Below are positions 1 to 7,801 of a stretch of DNA of 64,000 nucleotides, piece by piece; position 1 is the first letter of the stretch, and each line of letters starts with the position of its first letter. Below the pieces are notes generated by a model, which saw only the letters and a program-made list of their open reading frames with translations, had not been told where the DNA came from and ran no database searches. Both the position numbers and the translations under genes were made by a program. The DNA is from a virus. The DNA lies in IMG/VR virus record IMGVR_UViG_3300047550_003482, positions 1 to 64,000 of that record, one strand, 5' to 3'.

Positions 1-14
1 TTGAAGATAAATAG

Positions 15-43
15 TTGACAAAAATTACAGATGTTGCTATACT
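15..43 (+). promoter_or_regulatory. sigma70-type promoter for the small ORF and tRNA cluster
   Basis: TTGACA(15-20), 17-nt spacer, TATACT(38-43), extended TG. Confidence 0.85.
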
Positions 44-66
44 AGCATTCTGTTGGAGATATTGAA

Positions 67-210
67 ATGAAGACTGAAACTGTGCAAGTTCAACGTGTTC
101 GTGAACGCAATCCTTTGGTGGCTCTGGTACTGTTTCGTCGTGCTGGTGTTCATCGTAAGAGTAACAAAGCCCAACGTAAGTTGGACAAGCAACGTAATAA
201 TGATTGGTGA
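67..210 (+). CDS. small basic protein, 47 aa (MKTETVQVQRVRERNPLVALVLFRRAGVHRKSNKAQRK...)
   Basis: GGAG SD at 56-59; translated by hand; stop overlaps tRNA 5' end. Confidence 0.7.
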   Translation: MKTETVQVQRVRERNPLVALVLFRRAGVHRKSNKAQRKLDKQRNNDW

Positions 211-283
211 CGTAGTATAAGTGGTGTGTACGCCGGCCTCATAAGTCGGAATGGTGTTGGTTCGATTCCAACCGTCACTACCA
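206..283 (+). tRNA. tRNA-Met/Ile2 (CAT)
   Basis: Acceptor GGTGACG/CGTCACT, anticodon arm CCGGC-CTCATAA-GTCGG, TTCGATT, encoded CCA. Confidence 0.9.
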
Positions 284-426
284 ATCTAATATATTCTAGC
301 ACTTAGAGAATGACTGCATGGGACTGTGGAGCAAAGCAGAAACCCTGTGGTAATAATCGGGCGGTAGTTTGAACCCTACTCCTTGATTCTCATTCTGGTT
401 CACTAGGTGCTAGAATATATTAGATT
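283..426 (+). ncRNA. putative structured ncRNA closed by a 24-bp stem
   Basis: 283-306 pairs with 403-426 (one G-U); AGAATGA/TCATTCT inner helix; lies between two tRNAs. Confidence 0.6.
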
Positions 427-429
427 AAA

Positions 430-504
430 GCCTGGTTAGCTCAGAGGTAGAGCAGCGTCTTGATAAGGCGTTGGTCGGTGGTTCGATCCCACCACTAGGC
501 ACCA
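430..504 (+). tRNA. tRNA-Ile (GAT)
   Basis: GCGTC-TTGATAA-GGCGT, cloverleaf, CCA. Confidence 0.93.
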
Positions 505-512
505 AAATTAAT

Positions 513-589
513 GCCACTATAGCTCCAATTGGTAGAGCGCCGGTCTGAAGAATCGGGCGTTGTAGGTTCGAATCCTACTGGTGGCACCA
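513..589 (+). tRNA. tRNA-Phe (GAA)
   Basis: CCGGT-CTGAAGA-ATCGG, GTTCGAATC, CCA. Confidence 0.93.
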
Positions 590-598
590 AATATAATT

Positions 599-673
599 GC
601 TGATATAACACAGTGGTAGTGTACTTCCTTGGTAAGGAAGAGGTCGCAGGTTCAAATCCTGCTATCAGCACCA
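599..673 (+). tRNA. tRNA-Thr (GGT)
   Basis: CTTCC-TTGGTAA-GGAAG, GTTCAAATC, CCA. Confidence 0.93.
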
Positions 674-684
674 GTAAGAACAAT

Positions 685-759
685 TGGGGGTAAATCGATT
701 GGAGCAGATACTACTCTTTGAAAGTAGGTGACTGGGATCGTAACCCAGACCCCCTGCCA
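685..759 (+). tRNA. tRNA-Gln (TTG), atypical T-loop
   Basis: CTACT-CTTTGAA-AGTAG; T-arm CTGGG-ATCGTAA-CCCAG; G73-CCA. Confidence 0.8.
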
Positions 760-766
760 AAAATAT

Positions 767-859
767 GGAGATGTTAGCCGAGTTGGACTAGCGGCGGCTG
801 TTTTGAACACAGAGGGCCCTTAAACGGGTGTGTGAGTTCGAGGCTCACCTTCTCCGCCA
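767..859 (+). tRNA. tRNA-Ser (TGA)
   Basis: CTGT-TTTGAAC-ACAG, long variable arm, G73-CCA. Confidence 0.85.
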
Positions 860-885
860 AGATAAATATTATTAGGAGATATGTT

Positions 886-1266
886 ATGTCCTATTCAGAC
901 AAAGTAATTGACCACTATGAAAATCCTAGAAATGTAGGATCATTTGAAAAAAATGATCCAGATGTAGGAACAGGTATGGTTGGAGCTCCGTCGTGCGGAG
1001 ATGTAATGCGATTGCAAATAAAAGTTGACAATGAAACAGGCTTGATAACTGATGCACGATTCAAAACCTATGGTTGTGGATCAGCTATCGCATCCAGTTC
1101 ATTGGTAACCGAATGGGTAAAAGGTAAAACACTAGAACAAGCAACACAAATCAAAAATACAGATATTGCAGCAGAATTAGCATTGCCTCCCGTAAAAATA
1201 CATTGTAGTATTTTGGCAGAAGATGCTATTAAAGCAGCAATTGTTGATTATCAAAAAAGACATTAA
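886..1266 (+). CDS. iscU: Fe-S cluster scaffold IscU
   Basis: YENPRNVG, CGD, GCGSAIAS, LPPVKIHC; start moved to ATG 886 after AGGAG. Confidence 0.97.
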   Translation: MSYSDKVIDHYENPRNVGSFEKNDPDVGTGMVGAPSCGDVMRLQIKVDNETGLITDARFKTYGCGSAIASSSLVTEWVKGKTLEQATQIKNTDIAAELALPPVKIHCSILAEDAIKAAIVDYQKRH

Positions 1267-1267
1267 A

Positions 1268-1344
1268 CGGTCCTTAACTCAATGGATTAGAGTGCAAGCC
1301 TTCGAAGCTTGAGGTTGCGGGTTCAAGTCCTGCAGGACCGGCCA
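1268..1344 (+). tRNA. tRNA-Arg (TCG)
   Basis: CGGTCCT/AGGACCG acceptor; CAAGC-CTTCGAA-GCTTG; CCA. Confidence 0.9.
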
Positions 1345-1348
1345 AAAA

Positions 1349-1513
1349 TCAAAGATTGTTGATGAATCTTAACGCTTCATTTCTATCAGAAAAATAACGT
1401 ATCTTAAGTTCACAATCAAACAAATCATATACTAGGATGCAACAAATACCAACCTCACTCAAACTTAGTTGGAAATACAATCCACCTGGAGTAAAGTTTT
1501 TATAAGTTCTCAC
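1349..1513 (-). CDS. small hypothetical protein, 54 aa (GTG start)
   Basis: Open frame translated by hand; ATAAATA late-type element just upstream. Confidence 0.55.
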   Translation of the reverse strand: MRTYKNFTPGGLYFQLSLSEVGICCILVYDLFDCELKIRYFSDRNEALRFINNL

Positions 1514-1580
1514 CTTGTATTTATTTTATTTTTTACCAAAACTAATAGACAAAATCAAAACTTGAAGTATAATAGCTACA

Positions 1581-1792
1581 TGTTTAAATACACATACTGA
1601 TCAAAAAATTTATTTATTAAATTACTGTGTGGTAAGACACACTGGTTGGATGCTGACATTCATATTGTTATTGAATAGTCAGACAAAATTCTAAATTCCT
1701 GCAGTAAATTTAGAAATAATCATCGGCCGTAAAAAATCTAGCCCCATATATTAATATGCATTCGGGGTGTGGTCAGTAGGTGTATTTAAACA
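1581..1792 (+). ncRNA. putative ~210-nt multi-stem ncRNA
   Basis: 1581-1603 pairs with 1770-1792; four internal hairpins; TAGACA-16-TATAAT ends at 1573. Confidence 0.65.
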
Positions 1793-1868
1793 CACCATAA
1801 GAAAGTATATACTCTCACTTTGGTTTTCTCTCGGATGCAATAAATACATCTGTAAACAGGAGAAAACC

Positions 1869-2624
1869 ATGAGAAAAATAATAATAATTGGTTTAGCTGT
1901 TTGTTGTGGTATTGCCTATGGACAAACTACCTATGATTCAACTTCTAGAGTTGATACATTTAATAGTTCGTCTAGCACTGTAAACAGTAACAATATCAAT
2001 AACAATCAAAATATAAACGTAACCACGGTTACCAGTACCAACGAAAACATCAATCGTTCAACTAGTACAAATGAAAGTACTAATGTAAACATTAATTCTG
2101 GGCACACTACAAGTGCAAATACGAATACCAACGTTAACACTAATACAACAACACAAGATTTAAACAGTGTTAATAGAAACGACAGTTATAGTCGTAGTGA
2201 TGTTAAACAAACATTAATTCAACCACCACCAACCGCAGTTGCTCCAACTATGATGAGCGGCGGAAATCCTGACCTATGTACAGTAGGTGTAAGCGGTGCT
2301 GTACAGACACAGATTTTAGGTGTAAGTGCAGGAAAAACTCAAAGAGATTTTAATTGTGAAAGGCTAAAACTAAGCAAAACCATGTATGACATGGGTATGA
2401 AGGTTGCAGCGGTAAGTGTCCTATGTCAAGATCGTAGAGTATTTGATGCTATGCTTTCTGCTGGCACACCTTGCCCATTTGATGGTAAGATAGGTGATGC
2501 AGCAAGACAATTGTGGGAAGCTAATCCAGACCGTATACCTGCAGTTGAAAAGGAAAAACAAAATGCTTCGTTATTTAGTATTAGCACTTTCTTTAGCAAT
2601 CTCATCACTCGTATATTCCAATGA
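1869..2624 (+). CDS. secreted/envelope protein, Asn/Thr-rich, Cys-containing C-terminal domain
   Basis: Signal peptide MRKIIIIGLAVCCG; SD AGGAG. Confidence 0.7.
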   Translation: MRKIIIIGLAVCCGIAYGQTTYDSTSRVDTFNSSSSTVNSNNINNNQNINVTTVTSTNENINRSTSTNESTNVNINSGHTTSANTNTNVNTNTTTQDLNSVNRNDSYSRSDVKQTLIQPPPTAVAPTMMSGGNPDLCTVGVSGAVQTQILGVSAGKTQRDFNCERLKLSKTMYDMGMKVAAVSVLCQDRRVFDAMLSAGTPCPFDGKIGDAARQLWEANPDRIPAVEKEKQNASLFSISTFFSNLITRIFQ

Positions 2625-4086
2625 GATATTTCCGGGCGTAAGGCCCGGAGTACCTTTAGTAGATGTACGTGGTTCAGGTATTGCTTTAAATCTAGGAGAT
2701 GACCAAGTTAGTCAAAATATTCCTTTACCCTTCAATGTAACATTGTTTGGTAAAAATTTTAACAGTGTCTGGGTCAGCAACAACGGAGTTATAAGTTTTT
2801 CAAATGGAAATATAACAGGCTACAATAGTGAACCGTTAAATGCATTAAATTCAGCATATAACTATGCATTATTTCCATTATGGACTGATTTAATAAATCA
2901 TGGAAATGCTAATCCATATTATAGAATAGATTCAAACACTGCAATATTTGGTTGGTATGGGTCAAAGGAATATAGTAACAACATTGGTAGAAATTTCAGC
3001 AATACATTTGAAGTGCAATTATGGAATAACAGTGCATTTGAATTTAGATACCAAGAAGTTAATGTAATAAGACAACCATTTACCATAGGATACACAGGAG
3101 ATATTGCAGCAGGTGAGTATAAACAATGGGCTAGACACCCAGGCGGAAATTTCAGTGCTAACAACTTTAGCTTTTACTCAGATGCAGTGAACCAATGTCA
3201 AATTAATCCTTTAAGCAGTATTACATGCGAAGGATACCAACAGGCTTATTTTAATCTGCAATGTAGCATGAATTCATTGTACAGCATTAGTTGTCCTGGA
3301 TACGAACAAGCTATATTAGAACAAATGTGTCCTGGAAATCCATTATACAGTATTAGTTGTCCGGGCTACAGTAGAGAGTTTGCAACTAGACTAGCTCTTC
3401 AAGGTAAAGAAGATTTTACTAAAATTCAAAATAAAAATACTGAAGTTCAAGTAGCAGAAGAAATTCCAAACACCACATCAGTTGATGTGGGTGGTGTTCA
3501 GTTGACAACTAATGGATCTATATCAATAGCTACAGGAATTCCAGAAGTATCAAGACAAAGTTCAGATAAAACAAAAGAACGTAGCCCAGCATTAGCATTT
3601 AGCAATCAGGCAATAAGAAACTTATCCAATGTGGTTAATTCTGTTTTAGAAAACACATTAATGTCTAGCATGGAATCACAGAATAATAACTCACTAGAAG
3701 ATAGGCAAAATCCAAGATTTAATATGTTTGCTCAAGCAAATGAAAATTCAGATGTTAACAGGGTACAACAATTAAGAACTAACAATGAGGTTAAAAATAA
3801 TACTACAACAGTAGACGATGCTAAAGAAAAACCATTGTCTGAAAATTTACGTGGTTCTGCGGTAAATTCTGATTTACCAGAACGTATTGACATGCGTTCG
3901 TTAGCGGTTGTTCCTAATGGTTTCAATTCATACTTGAGTCTGCAATTAAGAGATTCAGTTTTTTATTCACCGAGAGAAATTTATCGTAATCAAACTGTGA
4001 TTGATAACAATAGTGTTCTAAGACAACTTAATTCATCTAGCAGTAGATTATTTGATAATTTAGTGCAAGATCAATATAGGAGATAA
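2563..4086 (+). CDS. secreted protein with nidogen(NIDO)-like region and CxxNxLxSxxCxGY repeats
   Basis: Signal peptide MLRYLVLALS; LPF..LFG....VWVSNNGVISF, PLWTDL, NTFEV; three Cys repeats. Confidence 0.65.
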   Translation: MLRYLVLALSLAISSLVYSNEIFPGVRPGVPLVDVRGSGIALNLGDDQVSQNIPLPFNVTLFGKNFNSVWVSNNGVISFSNGNITGYNSEPLNALNSAYNYALFPLWTDLINHGNANPYYRIDSNTAIFGWYGSKEYSNNIGRNFSNTFEVQLWNNSAFEFRYQEVNVIRQPFTIGYTGDIAAGEYKQWARHPGGNFSANNFSFYSDAVNQCQINPLSSITCEGYQQAYFNLQCSMNSLYSISCPGYEQAILEQMCPGNPLYSISCPGYSREFATRLALQGKEDFTKIQNKNTEVQVAEEIPNTTSVDVGGVQLTTNGSISIATGIPEVSRQSSDKTKERSPALAFSNQAIRNLSNVVNSVLENTLMSSMESQNNNSLEDRQNPRFNMFAQANENSDVNRVQQLRTNNEVKNNTTTVDDAKEKPLSENLRGSAVNSDLPERIDMRSLAVVPNGFNSYLSLQLRDSVFYSPREIYRNQTVIDNNSVLRQLNSSSSRLFDNLVQDQYRR

Positions 4087-4088
4087 CA

Positions 4089-4613
4089 ATGAACGAAGAA
4101 CAAAAAGAAATGGAATTGGACGAAAAAATAAACAACACTGTTATATCAATTGGGGGATATAGTTTTACTCCTGCAAAGCTGATGATCATGGCTACGATAG
4201 TTTCATCAGTATTGGGTGGTTTATATGCAGCATTTGAAGTGTATAAAGATTACATGGATATGAAAAAAGCAATTCAAGAATATGTTGCACCTGATTTTGC
4301 TCCAATGAATGAAAAATTAAGTGTGTTGCAGAAACAAATGGAACTTACTAAAGCAAGTGTACAGGAAGCTACTAACTACACCAATGAGATTAAAAATGAT
4401 TTAAAGTCGGATATACGTAGATTAGAATCTGTTGTTGATCAAGTAGAAAGAGGCACTAAACAAAGTCAAAGAGAAATTGATTTAGAACTTAAAACTGTAA
4501 GACAAGAAATGAACAGATTGGATAAAGAAAATGCCGCTGAAATACGAAACATAAAAAATGAAGTGGATGCTAAGATAAAGAAAGCATTGGACAATCCGTT
4601 GGCCAATAAGTAA
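4089..4613 (+). CDS. membrane-anchored coiled-coil protein
   Basis: Single TM segment then heptad-rich helix. Confidence 0.7.
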   Translation: MNEEQKEMELDEKINNTVISIGGYSFTPAKLMIMATIVSSVLGGLYAAFEVYKDYMDMKKAIQEYVAPDFAPMNEKLSVLQKQMELTKASVQEATNYTNEIKNDLKSDIRRLESVVDQVERGTKQSQREIDLELKTVRQEMNRLDKENAAEIRNIKNEVDAKIKKALDNPLANK

Positions 4614-4614
4614 T

Positions 4615-4643
4615 TTGACGATAAATGTAATTTCATATATAAT
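4615..4643 (+). promoter_or_regulatory. sigma70-type promoter for tilS
   Basis: TTGACG-17-TATAAT. Confidence 0.7.
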
Positions 4644-4666
4644 CTTGAATAGCATAGAGGTTTTAT

Positions 4667-5296
4667 ATGAAATTCAATTGGACCTACACTGAAAGTGTAC
4701 CTAATAAACTTTATGTTGCCTGTAGTGGCGGCGTAGATAGTGTAGCAACAGCAGCCATTCTTAGTGAATGGCGTGATGTTACATTATTGCACTTCAGCCA
4801 TCTTGATCATGCTCATAAATATGAACTAGAAACCGTTGATAATCTATCATATAAGTTAGGTATTAAATTGATCACCGGCTATCAAACTGGAGACCAAAAT
4901 CATGGGAACAAAGAAGAGCATTGGCGTAATGCACGTTATAATTGGTTTCATAGTTTTGATACTTATGTTGCTACTGGGCATACACTTGATGACGCGGTTG
5001 AGTGGTATTTGATGACATGTTTGCGTGGACGTGGTGAATATATGCCGCATCGTAATCGTAATGTGTTTCGTCCATTTCTACTTACCGACAAGAGTAAATT
5101 AGAAGAATATTGTCGGTATCGTGATTTGAAATGGTATGAAGATCCTGGCAATCATAATGTTGAGTTCAGTCTTCGTAGCCGTGTAAGGAATCAAATGGTT
5201 CCGATTGCAATGAGTTGTGAACCAGGATTGAAGAACATGGTAAAACGCAGATTAGTAGAAAAGGTAAAAGAAGACAAAAAAGTTATTGACAAGTAG
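4667..5296 (+). CDS. tilS: tRNA(Ile)-lysidine synthetase, catalytic domain only
   Basis: SGGVDS PP-loop, RxxRY, GHTLDD, RPFL, EDPGN, RxRVR. Confidence 0.85.
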   Translation: MKFNWTYTESVPNKLYVACSGGVDSVATAAILSEWRDVTLLHFSHLDHAHKYELETVDNLSYKLGIKLITGYQTGDQNHGNKEEHWRNARYNWFHSFDTYVATGHTLDDAVEWYLMTCLRGRGEYMPHRNRNVFRPFLLTDKSKLEEYCRYRDLKWYEDPGNHNVEFSLRSRVRNQMVPIAMSCEPGLKNMVKRRLVEKVKEDKKVIDK

Positions 5297-5338
5297 AAAA
5301 AGGTCTATATAATAGACACATTAGCTGATAAGCATTTT

Positions 5339-5423
5339 GCGACTGTGGCGTAATTGGTAGCCGCAATGGACTTAAAATCCATCGCTTTTTAGCGTGCCGG
5401 TTCGACTCCGGCCAGTCGCACCA
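5339..5423 (+). tRNA. tRNA-Leu (TAA)
   Basis: ATGGA-CTTAAAA-TCCAT, variable arm, GGTTCGACTCC, CCA. Confidence 0.93.
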
Positions 5424-5428
5424 AACAT

Positions 5429-5491
5429 AGGATACTAACAGCAAAAATTTATACTCTAGACTTGTAATCTAACCAGTAAAAATGTATCCTG
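5429..5491 (+). ncRNA. ACAGCAA-stem RNA copy 1 (Y-RNA-like candidate)
   Basis: AGGATAC/GTATCCT stem followed by TAACAGCAA; internal TAGA-CTTGTAA-TCTA arm. Confidence 0.6.
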
Positions 5492-5764
5492 CTATTTATG
5501 ACCGAGTCTGTTAAGAATATTGATAGCTCGGTTTCTTAACCTAGTGGTGAACTCACCTTCAGTAAGCACACCTTTAGCTAGATTGCATTTTCTGCATGTA
5601 ACTTGCAAATTGTCATAGGTGGTTGGTCCACCTTGACTTTCAGGTATAACATGATCTAAATGTATCTCAGCATTGGTTAAGTCTTCGTCACAGTAGACAC
5701 AATAATAACCATCACGTTCTATAACACGACGGCGGAGATTTGTAGGAATACGTTCTTTTTTCAC
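5492..5764 (-). CDS. HNH endonuclease
   Basis: RDG.CVYC, HLDHVIP..QGG, NLQ..C..CN..K. Confidence 0.92.
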   Translation of the reverse strand: MKKERIPTNLRRRVIERDGYYCVYCDEDLTNAEIHLDHVIPESQGGPTTYDNLQVTCRKCNLAKGVLTEGEFTTRLRNRAINILNRLGHK

Positions 5765-5769
5765 GTTGA

Positions 5770-5785
5770 TATTTAGCTATAAATA
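5770..5785. promoter_or_regulatory. back-to-back late-type promoters (CTAAATA minus, TATAAATA plus)
   Basis: TATTTAGCTATAAATA between divergent genes, each about 5 nt from its start codon. Confidence 0.6.
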
Positions 5786-5790
5786 CCAAC

Positions 5791-6471
5791 ATGCATAAAA
5801 TCATCCTACCTAAAATATTACAACCCTTCAAATGTTTAGATTTGATTAGGTTAGGTAAAAAAAATGACGGAGGATATTTGATATCTTATCAAGATGTTTT
5901 AAACACAAAAAACTTTATTGGATTTGGAGTCGGTGAAGATTGCTCATTTGAATTAGATTTTTTAAAGTTGAATGATGTAGCAATATCTCTATATGACAAA
6001 GACAGCAGAGCATCTAACGATTTGTATCAAAACCAATTTCACTCCAATAGAAAATTTCACACAAAAAACATAGGCAATGGCTTAGATGAAATTAGTGTCG
6101 AGGCTGTATTGAAGGACACAGAATCAGTATTTTTAAAATGTGATATTGAGGGTAACGAATACAATATATTAGATGACATCATGATGCATGACAGAATTTT
6201 TTCTGGATTGGTAATTGAATTTCATGATATCGCACAATATAAAAACTTTAATTTGGTAACTAATTTTATTGGCAAAACGAGGTTGAAGTTGGTACATTTA
6301 CACGTAAACAATTATATGTATTACAAAACAGAAAATGGAGTAGTGCCAGATGTAATAGAACTAACTTTTACAAGTTCAGAAAATATCATTTACGACAAAA
6401 ATCTAACACTACCAAATGTATTAGACATGCCAAACAATCCAAACGATTTAGAATTTCATATAGATTTTTAA
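5791..6471 (+). CDS. FkbM/Methyltransf_22-like methyltransferase
   Basis: RLG...DGGY, GFGVG.D.SFE, LKCDIEG.EY. Confidence 0.75.
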   Translation: MHKIILPKILQPFKCLDLIRLGKKNDGGYLISYQDVLNTKNFIGFGVGEDCSFELDFLKLNDVAISLYDKDSRASNDLYQNQFHSNRKFHTKNIGNGLDEISVEAVLKDTESVFLKCDIEGNEYNILDDIMMHDRIFSGLVIEFHDIAQYKNFNLVTNFIGKTRLKLVHLHVNNYMYYKTENGVVPDVIELTFTSSENIIYDKNLTLPNVLDMPNNPNDLEFHIDF

Positions 6472-6473
6472 TA

Positions 6474-7187
6474 ATGCTAATACCTAAAGTAGTTCATGTT
6501 ACTTGGAAAAGTAAAGATATCTTGAATAATCAGGCACCTTTAATATTGAATGGCGTTAGAAACATCGTTGATATAAATCAAGATTGGCAGTTGCAACTTT
6601 CAGATGATGTTGAATTGGAAAGTTATTTAAGCAAAAATTTAAGTAGGTATGATTACAATCTTCTCTCATCTAGACATATTGTAGAAAAATCTGATGTTTG
6701 GAGATTACTGAAGATATATAATGAAGGTGGAATGTACATTGATATTGATAGATTGTTCAACAAAAAACTAAATGATATCATTAGTCCAACTGCAAAATGT
6801 GTTTTGCCTACTAATAACGATTTTGACTTTTCACAGGATTTAATTATCAGCGCACCAGAAAATCCTATTTACAAAGAAGTATTAGAACTTAACTTGTTAC
6901 GCAGAAGGCAGGGTATAAACGATATTTATTTTTTGGGCGCTCAAACATACATGCATGGTGTAACCAAAGCTTTATTTGGAACAGTAATTGATACTAATCC
7001 AGGTGCAAATGTTTTTGAACACATAAAAAAAGAATTAGGAAAAATAGAGTTTATACAAACATATAATGAAATGTTACCAAATAAAACTTTTGTGTATGAA
7101 TATGATCCAACCACATATTGTGAAGGTAATGGAAAATCTAAAAATGAGTTTTACCAAGAATTTGATGTAACACATTGGATGTTGTAG
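6474..7187 (+). CDS. glycosyltransferase family 32 (DXD)
   Basis: IPKVVH.TW, SDVWRL..IY.EGG.YIDID. Confidence 0.85.
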   Translation: MLIPKVVHVTWKSKDILNNQAPLILNGVRNIVDINQDWQLQLSDDVELESYLSKNLSRYDYNLLSSRHIVEKSDVWRLLKIYNEGGMYIDIDRLFNKKLNDIISPTAKCVLPTNNDFDFSQDLIISAPENPIYKEVLELNLLRRRQGINDIYFLGAQTYMHGVTKALFGTVIDTNPGANVFEHIKKELGKIEFIQTYNEMLPNKTFVYEYDPTTYCEGNGKSKNEFYQEFDVTHWML

Positions 7188-7218
7188 AATAATAAAACAA
7201 CTTAATAAGGAAAGTAAG

Positions 7219-7350
7219 ATGGCAGCAAAATCAGGCGAAAGAAAAATTATCTCAAAAAGAACCTGTCAAGGTGGAAGTAAACCAAAAACTTCTGCTATGA
7301 GCAAGTCAGAGAAAAGGTCTTTTAAGGCATACAGAGGTCAAGGAAAATGA
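7219..7350 (+). CDS. small basic protein, 43 aa, ending KAYRGQGK
   Basis: AAGGA SD; translated by hand. Confidence 0.65.
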   Translation: MAAKSGERKIISKRTCQGGSKPKTSAMSKSEKRSFKAYRGQGK

Positions 7351-7520
7351 GTGAAGCTGGTAAGGGGTCAACACAAAGACCCTTTAGCATTAGTCATGAA
7401 GAATGGGTCAAAAGGTGGGATGCTATTTTTGGCAGAGATTTAGAAGAAGATTTTGAAACACAAACTGACCAAGATCAAACAACACAACAAAAAGAGAATC
7501 AAGATGGCAAGAATTTCTAG
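7347..7520 (+). CDS. small protein, 57 aa (MSEAGKGSTQRPFS...WDAIF)
   Basis: ATGA-coupled to upstream ORF; translated by hand. Confidence 0.6.
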   Translation: MSEAGKGSTQRPFSISHEEWVKRWDAIFGRDLEEDFETQTDQDQTTQQKENQDGKNF

Positions 7521-7758
7521 TGAAAAGGCAGTTGAAGCGATTGGTAATAGGTTTGACCTAGTGTTGATCGCCTCAATTAGACAACGTGAGTTAGATAGAG
7601 GTCATGCACGAAAAATTGTTTCAAAACACGGTAACCATTTAACCGCTCTTCAGGAAATTGAAGAAAAGCAAATTGATCGTGAATACCTAAAAAGGTTGGG
7701 CGATCATAAATTCTTGAAACAAGAAAAACCTAAACAAAAACGCCCAAAACATTATTAA
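7504..7758 (+). CDS. rpoZ: RNA polymerase omega subunit
   Basis: MARI...AVE.IGNRFDLVL.AS.R.REL...ALQEIE. Confidence 0.9.
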   Translation: MARISSEKAVEAIGNRFDLVLIASIRQRELDRGHARKIVSKHGNHLTALQEIEEKQIDREYLKRLGDHKFLKQEKPKQKRPKHY

Positions 7759-7801
7759 AATAATAACATGTAGCATATAATGCTTACATGTTGAGAGACA
7801 A

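Noticed and set aside
283-426. Theta/HDV-like ribozyme at a tRNA 3' end
   Set aside because: The element is a long rod with no recognisable nested double pseudoknot or G at the cleavage position.
495-683. 62-aa minus-strand ORF
   Set aside because: It is the antisense of the tRNA-Phe and tRNA-Thr genes.
1581-1792. tmRNA or RNase P RNA
   Set aside because: It has no alanyl acceptor stem, T-arm or CCA, and no recognisable RNase P conserved regions; it is also too short.
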